From an uncultured Anaerolineales bacterium (GTDB taxonomy: Bacteria > Chloroflexota > Anaerolineae > Anaerolineales > UBA11858), in the NCBI GenBank assembly GCA_964603385.1, contig CAZRUS010000006.1, forward strand, positions 33,540 to 97,539: a stretch of DNA of 64,000 nt, given 5' to 3'. Position numbers and translations under genes: made by a program. Positions 49,825-58,776 of the stretch are shown piece by piece (within the stretch, counting starts at the first letter, position 1; each line of letters opens with the position of its first letter). The notes beneath the pieces are model-generated. The model had not been told where the DNA came from and searched no databases. It saw nothing but the letters and a program-made list of their open reading frames with translations.

Positions 49825-51119
49825 CAATCCAGACCTGCTCTCTTTCTTAATTGCCTGATCGCTCTTCGGGCCTGGTCGAGGAGATCGGCTTCATCCAAGA
49901 CCTTGACCTCCCCATCCAGGAGCAGTATCTCCCCAGCCACCACGACAGTCTCCACAGCTGCGCCCTGGGCGCCGAGGATCAGCGCCGATGAGACGTCTTG
50001 CACCGGAACCACCCCGGGGTGGTCGAGATTGACAATGACCACATCCGCCGGCGCTCCTGCGGTCAGTTTTTTCCCGGCCAGAGCCAGATGCAGCACCTGT
50101 TCCGGGGGGAGCAGGGTGGCATCCTGCCGGGAAATGCGGGCGATCATCAAGGCACTTTTCGCCGTCTCCCAGAGATCCTGATTGTCGTTGCTGGCCGGTC
50201 CGTCCGTACCCAGCCGTACGGGAATTCCTGCCTGCAGCATCTCCGGGATGGGCGCTAGGCCGGATCCCAGAACGGCATTGCTGACCGGGCAGTGAACCAC
50301 AACTGCCCGATGCTCGGCCAGCTGTTCAATTTCCTGCTCATTCACCCAGACAGCATGGACAAGCTCCGTGGATCCATCCAGCACCTCGATCTCCTTCAGC
50401 CAGTGGACCGGGCGGCGATCATACGCCTCCAATGACATCCGGACTTCGTCCCGGGTCTCAGCAACATGGAAGTGGGTCGTACCGCCGTAATCGGTGATCA
50501 GCTGATGGCTGCGCTGGAGCATTTCGGCAGAGCAGCGCCACAGCGCCAGCGGTCCATTGGCAATGGAAATCCGGGGGTGATGCTGCCACTGCACCTGAAG
50601 GCGGTCCAGATCGGCGAGGATTTTTTCCGGCTGCTCTGCCCCGCTGCCCAGATCAGCCCAGGACCGGGCCAGGGTGAACCGCAGACCAACCCGGTCTGCT
50701 GCCTGACAGACCGCATCGGTATGAGCCTCAGAGGCGGTAATTTTATGGTGGTTGGTGAGACTGATCGCCCCGCAGCGCAGATTTTCAATTAAACCCACCA
50801 GGGCAGCCAGATAGAGCTCCTCCGGGCTGATCTCCCGCTGCAGAGGCCAGATGACCTCCTTCAACCACTCCAGCAGCGATCGCCCCCCCGCCAGCCCCCT
50901 CATGAAGGTTTGACTGAGGTGGGTATGGGCGTTCGTCAATCCCGGGACAAGGGCTTTATTTTCAGCATCGAGGACTGTTTCGGATTCCTCTACCAGCTGC
51001 CGCGGAGGGCTTCCCGGGGAAACGTCCCGGATTTGATCCTTATCTATCACCACATATCCGGGATCAAGCCAGCCCTTTTCCCCGTACACCGCACCGCCAT
51101 GGATCAGCAAGTCAGCCAT
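49824..51119 (-). CDS. COG0402 amidohydrolase (SsnA/MtaD/pterin-deaminase-like), paralog of 27482-28840
   Basis: PGLTNAHTHLSQTFMRGLAGGRSLLEWL, HVAET and HAVW. Same motif order as the other copy. Confidence 0.75.
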   Translation of the reverse strand: MADLLIHGGAVYGEKGWLDPGYVVIDKDQIRDVSPGSPPRQLVEESETVLDAENKALVPGLTNAHTHLSQTFMRGLAGGRSLLEWLKEVIWPLQREISPEELYLAALVGLIENLRCGAISLTNHHKITASEAHTDAVCQAADRVGLRFTLARSWADLGSGAEQPEKILADLDRLQVQWQHHPRISIANGPLALWRCSAEMLQRSHQLITDYGGTTHFHVAETRDEVRMSLEAYDRRPVHWLKEIEVLDGSTELVHAVWVNEQEIEQLAEHRAVVVHCPVSNAVLGSGLAPIPEMLQAGIPVRLGTDGPASNDNQDLWETAKSALMIARISRQDATLLPPEQVLHLALAGKKLTAGAPADVVIVNLDHPGVVPVQDVSSALILGAQGAAVETVVVAGEILLLDGEVKVLDEADLLDQARRAIRQLRKRAGLD

Positions 51120-51128
51120 TAAGCCGCC

Positions 51129-53423
51129 TCAACTCTTATTGATCTCAGATTTCAACCACTCGGCCCGGATGGGAAGCTGATAGGCCCGAACCCCGGTGGC
51201 GTGGTAGACCGCATTGGCAATCGCCGGGGCGGTGGCGATCATCACCGGCTCGGCCAGATTCTTGGCTCCAAAGGGTCCTTCCGGAAGAGTGGTTTCGACA
51301 TAGGTGGTCTCAAACTCCGGCATGTCCAGTGTGCTGGGTATGGTGTAGTGGGAAAATCTCAATTTCCCAGGAACACCATCCTGGTAGTCAAACCCCTCGG
51401 TGAGGGCATACCCCAATCCTTGGGCGATCCCGCCCAGCATCTGACCCCGGGCTCCGTGCGGAAAGAGGATCTTTCCAGCGTCATGCGCCGACCAGATCTT
51501 TTCCACCCTGACCCTTCCCGTTGCCTTTTGAACCGCGACCAAGGCGGCCTGGGCCCCGAAGCTGTAGGTAAAATAAGGGATCCCGGTCCCGGTTTCAAAG
51601 TCCCAGTGAATCTCCGGAATCTGCCAGTAGCCGCGCTCATAGAGCTGAAAGCCCAGCTGAAAAGCGTGCTCGACCACCTTGTCAAAGGGAACCGGTTCTT
51701 CATCCGGTCCAATAAACGCTTCCTGGTGGCGGTGGATCTGCTCCGGATCACAATCGAGGAGATCGCTGGCAGCCATCACCAGTGATTGATGGAGTTTTTG
51801 GGCAGACACCCGGACAGCGTTGCCGCCGACAATGGAAGCCCGGGAAGCTACCGTCGGCCCGGATTCCAGCGCTGTCTGTGTGTCCGGGCGCAGCATGCAG
51901 ATCCGCTGCGGGTCCACGCCGAGAACTTCGGCGGCTATCAGGGTGAACACCGTCCGACTCCCCTGGCCGTAATCCGTCAGGCCGGACTGCAGGGTGACGC
52001 TGTGATCCCGTTCGATCCCCAGGGTGGCCCGGGCATAATCCAGACCCTCACCACCCAGTCCACTGCCGTGAAAATAACAGGCAAAACCCAGACCGCGGAA
52101 TACACCGTTCTTATTCCGCTCCTGCTCCAGCTGCTGCCTGATTGTATCCCACGCTGACCGCTCCCGGACCCAACTGATGCACTTGGCCAGCCCATTCTCA
52201 TGAGTGAGCTGATTCCCGGTAAAGGCGCGGTCTCCTTTCTGAAGGCAATTTTTAAGCCGGAAATCAATCGGGTCCTCCCCCATTTTTTCGGCAGCTTCGT
52301 CAATCATCATTTCTGAGGCGGCCGCTGCCATGGTGTTTCCGAAGCCCCGGAAAGCGCCGGAATAGCCGTTGTTGGTGTAAACCACATCGGCATCGACGGT
52401 CGCCGCCTGATAACGGTAAACGCCTAATAAGTGCATTGAGGCCCGGAAAGCAGCCAATGTGGTCATAGAAGCATAGCCGCCGCTGTCGGCCAGCAGGTAG
52501 CCTTTGCCGGCCAGGATATGGCCTTTTTCGTCCACGCCGATCTCCAGGTCAATCCTCCCTGCCTGGCGCTTGTAGGACATCAGCAGTGATTCCTCCCGAT
52601 TGAGGATCAGGCGAACCGGCTTCCCGGTCAGCAGGGCCAATTTTCCCGCCTGCGCTGTGAGCTGGTAAACATGATCATCCTTGCCGCCAAATGATCCCCC
52701 CACCGGGGGCTGAATGATCCGCACCTGGTCCGTGTTCATCTCCAGCACATCGGCTGCGTTATCACGGTTGATATGGGGGCTCTGGTTGTTGGCAAAAATG
52801 GTCAGGGAGCCGTCCGGCTCTGGAAAGGCAACCACCCCTTCAGTCTCAATGCAGGCATGCTCCTGGTGAGCAAAATGAAATGAACCTGAAAAGCGGTGAG
52901 CAGCTGATTCCAGCAGCTCCTCCGGGTCTCCATTGCGGACGATCTGGCGGTCACAGAGATTCCCCTGCCCCTGCGGGGCATCAAGCGGAATCAGGACAGC
53001 CTCCGGATCCAGGGCCCGGGCAGGGTCGGAGACCACCGGCAGCGCTTCCAATTCCAGGTCGATCGCCTGGACGCCAGCCGCAGCAGCTTCCGGGGTATCA
53101 GCAGCCACCACAGCGATGGGATCCCCCTGATAACGGACTTTTTGGTAGACCAGAATATACGCATCCCTGACCGGCCAACCAAATGAACCCTGATCCCGGA
53201 AGTCATCGGAGGTGATCACCGCCCGAACACCGGGAATCTTTTCGGCGGGGGAAACATCCAGTTTGCGAATTCTGCCGTGGGGAATTGGGCTCAACAGCAG
53301 TTTGGCATGCAGCATGCCCGGAAAAACCAGATCGGCCACATAACGGGCCTTGCCCATCACTTTTTCCAGCGCATCCACAGCCGTGCTGGATGGATTACCG
53401 ATAAAACGAGGCTGTTTATCCAT
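51129..53423 (-). CDS. xanthine dehydrogenase-family molybdopterin-binding subunit
   Basis: About 764 aa. Aldehyde oxidase/XDH a/b-hammerhead and Mo-binding domains (GGSFGGK, GFGN, GxxxAExxMIA-type C-terminus). Start MDKQPRFIG at 53423 overlaps the 2Fe-2S gene by 8 nt. Confidence 0.85.
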   Translation of the reverse strand: MDKQPRFIGNPSSTAVDALEKVMGKARYVADLVFPGMLHAKLLLSPIPHGRIRKLDVSPAEKIPGVRAVITSDDFRDQGSFGWPVRDAYILVYQKVRYQGDPIAVVAADTPEAAAAGVQAIDLELEALPVVSDPARALDPEAVLIPLDAPQGQGNLCDRQIVRNGDPEELLESAAHRFSGSFHFAHQEHACIETEGVVAFPEPDGSLTIFANNQSPHINRDNAADVLEMNTDQVRIIQPPVGGSFGGKDDHVYQLTAQAGKLALLTGKPVRLILNREESLLMSYKRQAGRIDLEIGVDEKGHILAGKGYLLADSGGYASMTTLAAFRASMHLLGVYRYQAATVDADVVYTNNGYSGAFRGFGNTMAAAASEMMIDEAAEKMGEDPIDFRLKNCLQKGDRAFTGNQLTHENGLAKCISWVRERSAWDTIRQQLEQERNKNGVFRGLGFACYFHGSGLGGEGLDYARATLGIERDHSVTLQSGLTDYGQGSRTVFTLIAAEVLGVDPQRICMLRPDTQTALESGPTVASRASIVGGNAVRVSAQKLHQSLVMAASDLLDCDPEQIHRHQEAFIGPDEEPVPFDKVVEHAFQLGFQLYERGYWQIPEIHWDFETGTGIPYFTYSFGAQAALVAVQKATGRVRVEKIWSAHDAGKILFPHGARGQMLGGIAQGLGYALTEGFDYQDGVPGKLRFSHYTIPSTLDMPEFETTYVETTLPEGPFGAKNLAEPVMIATAPAIANAVYHATGVRAYQLPIRAEWLKSEINKS

Positions 53424-53901
53424 GCGCTTTTTCCTTGCTGTTCCGCTGGTCCGCGGTATATTCGATGGCCTCGAAAATTTGCTCATATCCTGTGCAGCGG
53501 CACAGATTCTTAGCCAGATGCTCCCGGATTTCCTCCCGACTCGGCTGGGGGTTGCTCCGCAGCAGCACTTCCGCAGCGATGATCATCCCCGGCGTGCAGT
53601 AGCCGCACTGGGTGGCGCCAAATTCGACAAAGGCCTGCTGGAGATCATTGGGGCCGCCGTCTTCGCCGTGAATCCCTTCAATGGTGACGACCTCTGCTCC
53701 CTCCAGCTGGCCTGCCTTTATCAGGCAGGACCGGGCCAGTTTGCCATTAAAAATAACTGAACAGGCTCCGCAGTCTCCCAACTCGCAGCCGGGTTTTGCC
53801 CCGGTCAGTCCCAGCTTCTGGCGCAGAATGATCAGCAGGGTATCTGCGGAAGCCGCTTCTACCGCCACCTGGGATCCATTTACCGTCATGTGAATTTCCA
53901 T
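53416..53901 (-). CDS. [2Fe-2S]-binding small subunit of the Mo hydroxylase (CoxS/XdhC-type)
   Basis: GCELGDCGACSV (plant-type cluster), CGYCTPGMI and C-terminal NLCRCTGY motifs. Probable start MEIHMTVNG at 53901. Confidence 0.85.
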   Translation of the reverse strand: MEIHMTVNGSQVAVEAASADTLLIILRQKLGLTGAKPGCELGDCGACSVIFNGKLARSCLIKAGQLEGAEVVTIEGIHGEDGGPNDLQQAFVEFGATQCGYCTPGMIIAAEVLLRSNPQPSREEIREHLAKNLCRCTGYEQIFEAIEYTADQRNSKEKAHG

Positions 53902-53911
53902 AAGCAACCTT

Positions 53912-54643
53912 TTAGACCAGCGACCTGCCTCCATCCACAAAATAGACCGCGCCAGTGATAAAGTCATTTTCAATCAGAAACGCTGCCGTGCGGGCGACAT
54001 CTTCAGGACTGCCGATGCGCTTGAGAAGGGACTTTTCTTCCGCCCAGCGCTTTTTCTCCTCCGCGGCGTTTTCCGGCAGCAGCACCGTCCCCGGGGCAAT
54101 GGCATTGACCCGGATCTCCGGTGCCAGCTCAGCTGCCATGGATTTTGTCAGCGACACCAGACCGGATTTGCTGGCAGCATGATGGGCATATCCGGGCCAA
54201 ACCTGAAACGCAGAGAGATCCGTTATGTTGATGATGCATCCCCGGCCGCCAGCCTGCATTTTTTCAGCTGTCAGCTGACTGGCCAGGAAAGGACCTTTCA
54301 GGTTGACATCCAGGGCCAGATCCCATTCTTCCTCCGAGATCTCCATCAAGTTTCCCTTCAGCCAGACCGAGGCATTGTTGATTAAGACATCGATCCTGCC
54401 AAACTTTTCCCAGGCGGCTTCCACCAGGGAGCGGATCGAGGCCGCCGAGCGGACTTCCGTCCGGGCTGCCAGGGCCGGATTTCCATAGGCTTCGATCTCC
54501 TCCAGCGTCTGCTGCCAGGGTTCCTCTTCTTGATAGTAGCTGAAGGCAATCCTGGCGCCCTGGCTGGCCAGGTGAAGGGCAATCACCCGGCCAACCCGCT
54601 CCGCCGCTCCCGTAATGATCACAACCGCATCAGCAATATTCAT
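53912..54643 (-). CDS. SDR with TGX3RXG motif (pteridine reductase/FolM-like), paralog of 26626-27378
   Basis: ITGAAERVG, SYY, LINNASVW and ELAPEIRVNAIAPGTVLLP. The YxxxK position reads HAASK, with a Tyr three residues upstream. Confidence 0.65.
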   Translation of the reverse strand: MNIADAVVIITGAAERVGRVIALHLASQGARIAFSYYQEEEPWQQTLEEIEAYGNPALAARTEVRSAASIRSLVEAAWEKFGRIDVLINNASVWLKGNLMEISEEEWDLALDVNLKGPFLASQLTAEKMQAGGRGCIINITDLSAFQVWPGYAHHAASKSGLVSLTKSMAAELAPEIRVNAIAPGTVLLPENAAEEKKRWAEEKSLLKRIGSPEDVARTAAFLIENDFITGAVYFVDGGRSLV

Positions 54644-54665
54644 TCCCTATCTTTCCTTTTCTGCC

Positions 54666-55724
54666 TCACATCACCAGGCTCATGACCGCTTTCTGGGCAT
54701 GGAGCCTGTTTTCTGCCTCATCAAAGACCACTGATTTCCACCCCGGACCTTCTGTCTTGTCAATAACGTCATTGTTGACCTCGTATCCCCGGTCCGCCGG
54801 CAGACAATGCATATAGATCGCCTTGGGATTGGCAATCTCCATCAGTTCTGCCGTGCATTTCCAGTCCTGATGGGCGTCAAACACCTGCTGAGCTTTTTCT
54901 TCGGAGTCCTCGCCCACCGGGGGTTTGAAGAATATCTGCGGGCACCAGGCCTTGGGGTAAAGCACATCAGCTCCATGAAAACCCTCTTCAAAGTCGTGGG
55001 TGATCTGGAAAGATCCTCCTTCCTGGGTGGCATAGTCCTGACACTGCTGGATTATTTTGGGATCAAGCTCCATCCCTTCTGGATGCGCCAGGGTGACGTT
55101 CATCCCCATCATGGTGGCGTAAAGAACTGCGGATTGAGGGACAGCCCGGGGCTTGTGAATGCTGGGCGAATAAGCCCAGGACATGGTGAAGTTCACCCCT
55201 TTGAAGCCGCCCATGTGCTCTTTGACGGTGAGCATATCGGCCAATCCCTGGAAGGGGTGATAGATATCATCCTCCATATTAAGAATGGGAATATCTGCCC
55301 AACGGGCAAATTCCTGGAGCAGTTCATGGGCTACACCGTACTCCCATTCCACTGGATCCCCATAACAGCGGATGGCGATGGCATGTCCCATCCGATCCAG
55401 TACCCGGGCCACATCGGAGACCCGCTCGGTGCTGTAAGCGACCTCTTTCCCTTCCAGCGCAGGGGTGTAAATTTTATTGGAGTCCAGGAAATGGGCGTGG
55501 CCTCCCAGCTGGGTCATCCCTCCCTCAAAGGAGTTTCTGGTCCTCAGCGATGTGTTGTAAAAGAGCATAAAGAGGGTTTTGGCCCGCAGTAAATCGTCAT
55601 GATAAATTCCCATGTCATTCTGCAGCTTGAGCTCCTCAGCTACTTCCAGAATGCGCTTAATCTCATCGGGTGTGAAATCCGTTTCGGACAGGAAATCTCT
55701 ACCCTTGAAACCTGATGTTTTCAT
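54666..55724 (-). CDS. YgeW-family (knotted) carbamoyltransferase
   Basis: SLRTR, HPFQGLAD and HCLPADRG transcarbamylase motifs. SWAYSPSIHKPRAVPQS...NVTLAHPEG...GGSFQITHDFEEGFHGADVLYPKAW...HQDWKCT closely parallels E. coli YgeW TWAYSPSYGKPLSVPQG...DVTLAHPEG...GGSFRQVTSMEEAFKDADIVYPKSW...HKDWHCT (recalled from memory). Confidence 0.7.
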   Translation of the reverse strand: MKTSGFKGRDFLSETDFTPDEIKRILEVAEELKLQNDMGIYHDDLLRAKTLFMLFYNTSLRTRNSFEGGMTQLGGHAHFLDSNKIYTPALEGKEVAYSTERVSDVARVLDRMGHAIAIRCYGDPVEWEYGVAHELLQEFARWADIPILNMEDDIYHPFQGLADMLTVKEHMGGFKGVNFTMSWAYSPSIHKPRAVPQSAVLYATMMGMNVTLAHPEGMELDPKIIQQCQDYATQEGGSFQITHDFEEGFHGADVLYPKAWCPQIFFKPPVGEDSEEKAQQVFDAHQDWKCTAELMEIANPKAIYMHCLPADRGYEVNNDVIDKTEGPGWKSVVFDEAENRLHAQKAVMSLVM

Positions 55725-55748
55725 GCTGTGCCTCCAAAAGATGTTTGA

Positions 55749-57089
55749 CTAGTTGCTCAATTCTTGAAAAAACCGGCTGCCTTCCAGCAGCTGGCAGAGA
55801 TATTGAAAAAATTCCGCCGCCGGGGCGCCGTCCACCAGGCGGTGGTCAAAGGATAAACTGAGGGTGATCTGCTGACCGACCGCCAGCTCTCCCTCCTGTA
55901 CGACCGGGACAGCTTTGATTTTGCCCACCCCCAGAATAGCTGTTTCCGGTGGGTTGATCAGCGGCGAGAAGGCATCCACGCCGAAAGCGCCCAGATTGGT
56001 AACTGTAAAGGTGCCCTGGCTGTAATCGTCTGGAAGCAGTTTCCCGGCCAAGGTGCGCTCGACCAGATCCTCCAGCTCCAGCTGGATCTCCTCAATGGTT
56101 TTCCGGTTGGCCCCTTTCAGCACCGGGACCATCAAACCACGCTCGGTGTCCACAGCCAGGCCGACATTGATCTCCTGCCGAATGATCAGTTCTCCACTGA
56201 CAAGCTGATTATTGAGAGCCGGGAAGTGCTCCAATGCCCGGGCAGCAGCTGCCATCAAGAATGCATTGTAGGCAATTTTCTTGCCCTGCTCTTTCATGCG
56301 CTGGCGGGCAGCCACCAGCGGGCCCGCATCCACAGCTGTAAACAAGGTCACCTGGGGACGCTCATTCCAGCTGGCAGTCAGGCGGTCGGCAATCACCCCC
56401 CGGAGGCCTTCCAGGGCAGCCGACGGGGGCTCTCTCCGTGGGGCTGCGGGTTCCGTGCTCAGCAGCTGGCGGATGTGTGCAATCAGATCATCCCGGGTCA
56501 CCCTGCCCCCGGGACCGGTAGCGGGGACCTCTTCCAGGAAGATGCCAAATTCAGCTGCCATACTGCGGGCCAGCGGCGTTGCCGGCACCGCCTCAGCAGC
56601 CGGAGCAGCCTGATCCAGGTCACGGGCGACAATCATACCGCGCGGGCCGCTGCCCCTGCCCACCTGCCGGAGGGAGATCCCCCGCTGCCGGGCCAGCGTC
56701 CGTGCCTTGGGCGACGCCCGCGTTCCAGATCCATCCGTTTTGAGGTCAGCCCCGCCAGCTTTCACAGCGTGAGGAGATTCTGCAGCTGCCTGCTGCGGTT
56801 CTGCTTTTTGGGGAGAACGGGAATCCGGTTCTGCGGCCTGATCGCTGATCAGGGCAACCGGCGTCTTCACGGGAAACTTCTCCCCTTCGGAAACCAGGAT
56901 GGTCACATAACCGCTGACCGGAGCCTCAATTTCGATCAAGGACTTATCGCTTTCCATGGCAAACAAGGGAGCCCCCTCATCAATGTAGGCCTGGTTTTGA
57001 ACATGCCATTCAACAATCACCGCTTCCGACATGGTCAGGCCCAGTTTCGGAAGCACCACTTGATAGGGGGTTTTCGGAGTCATCATCAT
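55749..57089 (-). CDS. dihydrolipoamide acyltransferase (E2) of a 2-oxoacid/acetoin dehydrogenase complex
   Basis: Lipoyl domain (AMESDKSLIEIEAP), two peripheral-subunit-binding segments (SPKARTLARQRGI..., TPLARSMAAEFGI...), and catalytic DHRLVDG. Likely start MMMTPKTPYQ at about 57089. TAG stop. Confidence 0.85.
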   Translation of the reverse strand: MMMTPKTPYQVVLPKLGLTMSEAVIVEWHVQNQAYIDEGAPLFAMESDKSLIEIEAPVSGYVTILVSEGEKFPVKTPVALISDQAAEPDSRSPQKAEPQQAAAESPHAVKAGGADLKTDGSGTRASPKARTLARQRGISLRQVGRGSGPRGMIVARDLDQAAPAAEAVPATPLARSMAAEFGIFLEEVPATGPGGRVTRDDLIAHIRQLLSTEPAAPRREPPSAALEGLRGVIADRLTASWNERPQVTLFTAVDAGPLVAARQRMKEQGKKIAYNAFLMAAAARALEHFPALNNQLVSGELIIRQEINVGLAVDTERGLMVPVLKGANRKTIEEIQLELEDLVERTLAGKLLPDDYSQGTFTVTNLGAFGVDAFSPLINPPETAILGVGKIKAVPVVQEGELAVGQQITLSLSFDHRLVDGAPAAEFFQYLCQLLEGSRFFQELSN

Positions 57090-57120
57090 ACCGCTTCTCA
57101 CCTTACTGCTAAATCGATTC

Positions 57121-57978
57121 CTATGTGCGGGCTTTTCGTTCCCGGTAAAGCTGGATATAGCGTTCGCCATACGCATCCCGGTTGGTCAGAAAATCCACCG
57201 CCCGGACAGTTTCCAGCAGCCCGCTGGTAGTCGGGTCCACCAGAGCCGCGTGCAGGCCCCAGGGGATGGCTGCAATTAAATACGCCAGATCAATCACCGT
57301 CTGCTCCGGCATCCCGAAGCCGGCATTGCCGATCCCCAGGATGGTGGCCAGATTGAGATCCTGTTCCAGCACCTGCAGGGTCTCCAGAGTCACCTGCATG
57401 GAATCCGGCAGAGCCGAGCTGGCCATGCAGATCGCGTCAACCACGATATCCTCCTCCGGGATCCCTGCGCTGCGGCAGGCGTCCAGGATCACGCTGGTCT
57501 GCTCCAGCCTTTCTTCCACCGTAGCCGGGATCCCTGCCCCACCGACCGGCATGGCCACCACAGCAGCCTGATAACGAGCAGCGATCGGAACCAGCGTTTC
57601 CAGGGGATCCGGCTCCGCGGAGATAGAGTTGACCAGGCACTTATAGGGTTGCAGGGCTTTCAGGGCCGCCTCCAGAGCCAGAGGATCCCGGGTGTCGAGG
57701 GAGACCGGACAGCCGAGCTGTTCCTGAACGGCCCTGGCCGCCCGGGGCAGCAGTTCCTCTTCATTGAGATCAATATGAGCCAGCAGAATATCGACCATAT
57801 CCATGCCCGCCCGCTGTCCCTGCTGGGCTGCCTCAAGCAGGAAATCAATTCTTCCCGCACGCAGCTCTTCCAGCATGCGGGGTTCCTGATCCATCACCCG
57901 CAGCTGGTCATTGACCAAAACTGTTGGTTTTCCAGGCCCGATCACGAGGGGGCCGTTGGGAGAGGTCAGCGTGGTCAT
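57121..57978 (-). CDS. pterin-binding domain protein, methyltetrahydrofolate:corrinoid methyltransferase (MeTr/AcsE)-like
   Basis: 285 aa. CPVSLDTRDPLALEAALKAL...CLVNSISAE and ILGIGNAGFGMP...GLHAALVDP align with Moorella AcsE LCLDSTNIKAIEAGLKKC...AMINSTNAE and VLGLSNVSQNC...GLDAAIADA (from memory). TAG stop. Confidence 0.65.
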   Translation of the reverse strand: MTTLTSPNGPLVIGPGKPTVLVNDQLRVMDQEPRMLEELRAGRIDFLLEAAQQGQRAGMDMVDILLAHIDLNEEELLPRAARAVQEQLGCPVSLDTRDPLALEAALKALQPYKCLVNSISAEPDPLETLVPIAARYQAAVVAMPVGGAGIPATVEERLEQTSVILDACRSAGIPEEDIVVDAICMASSALPDSMQVTLETLQVLEQDLNLATILGIGNAGFGMPEQTVIDLAYLIAAIPWGLHAALVDPTTSGLLETVRAVDFLTNRDAYGERYIQLYRERKART

Positions 57979-58775
57979 CAGGGCTCCATGATTTCTTTGA
58001 CACCGGCCAGCACGTCACCGGGATCACCGGAGGGGGAAAATTCCATGCCGATAAAGCCGTCAAACCCCAGGTCGTGCAGCTTCCGGGCGATGTTCCGGAA
58101 ATTGATCTCGCCCGTTCCCGGTTCCTGGCGGGTGGGGCAGTCCCCGACATGCACAGTGGGGTACAGTCCCCAGTAGTCTTCCAGCCCCTGGATGAGATTT
58201 CCTGAGCCGCGCTGCTGATGGTAGCAGTCAAAGGCCAGGCGGAACTGGGGATGGTCCATCCGCCGCACCCAATCGGCAGCCAGCTCATGATTATGCACCA
58301 GCACACCGCCCTGAATGTGATATTCGTTCAACCCTTCTACCCAGACTTCAACCTCAGTCTGCTCCACCAGCTTGAGAATCTTTTCCGTTTGGGAAAGCAG
58401 ATTGGCGTACTGCTCCGCCTCGGTAACATTCCGGGACAGCCGGCGGGTCCACTCCTGACCGTCGATAATCTCCACCTGATTGGAAAAGATGAACAGGTGG
58501 TCAATCTCATATTGGACGGCCAGCTCCAGGCTTTCCTCCCAGGAGCGGAGCGTTTTCTGGTTATCCGCCGGGTCAGCCAACGAGCCCATGTCCTCATCAA
58601 AGGTACTGTTAATCCGGGAACCAGCAGCACGGCAGGCTCCGCTGAGCGCCTGCCAATCCAGGCTGCGCCAGCACCAAACATCCAGGCGGTGGACGCCGAT
58701 TTCGGCAAATTTCTCCACCCGGTCCACCAGAGGAAACTCTGTAAACCAAAAATCAAGATATCCGGTAAACTCCAT
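57978..58775 (-). CDS. xylose-isomerase-like TIM-barrel protein (hydroxypyruvate isomerase/Hyi-like)
   Basis: Start MEFTGYLDFWF at 58775, 1 nt after the EcfT stop codon. Has the EGLNEY...AFDCYH...GMEF pattern of the Hyi/sugar-phosphate isomerase family. Confidence 0.6.
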   Translation of the reverse strand: MEFTGYLDFWFTEFPLVDRVEKFAEIGVHRLDVWCWRSLDWQALSGACRAAGSRINSTFDEDMGSLADPADNQKTLRSWEESLELAVQYEIDHLFIFSNQVEIIDGQEWTRRLSRNVTEAEQYANLLSQTEKILKLVEQTEVEVWVEGLNEYHIQGGVLVHNHELAADWVRRMDHPQFRLAFDCYHQQRGSGNLIQGLEDYWGLYPTVHVGDCPTRQEPGTGEINFRNIARKLHDLGFDGFIGMEFSPSGDPGDVLAGVKEIMEP

Positions 58776-58776
58776 C

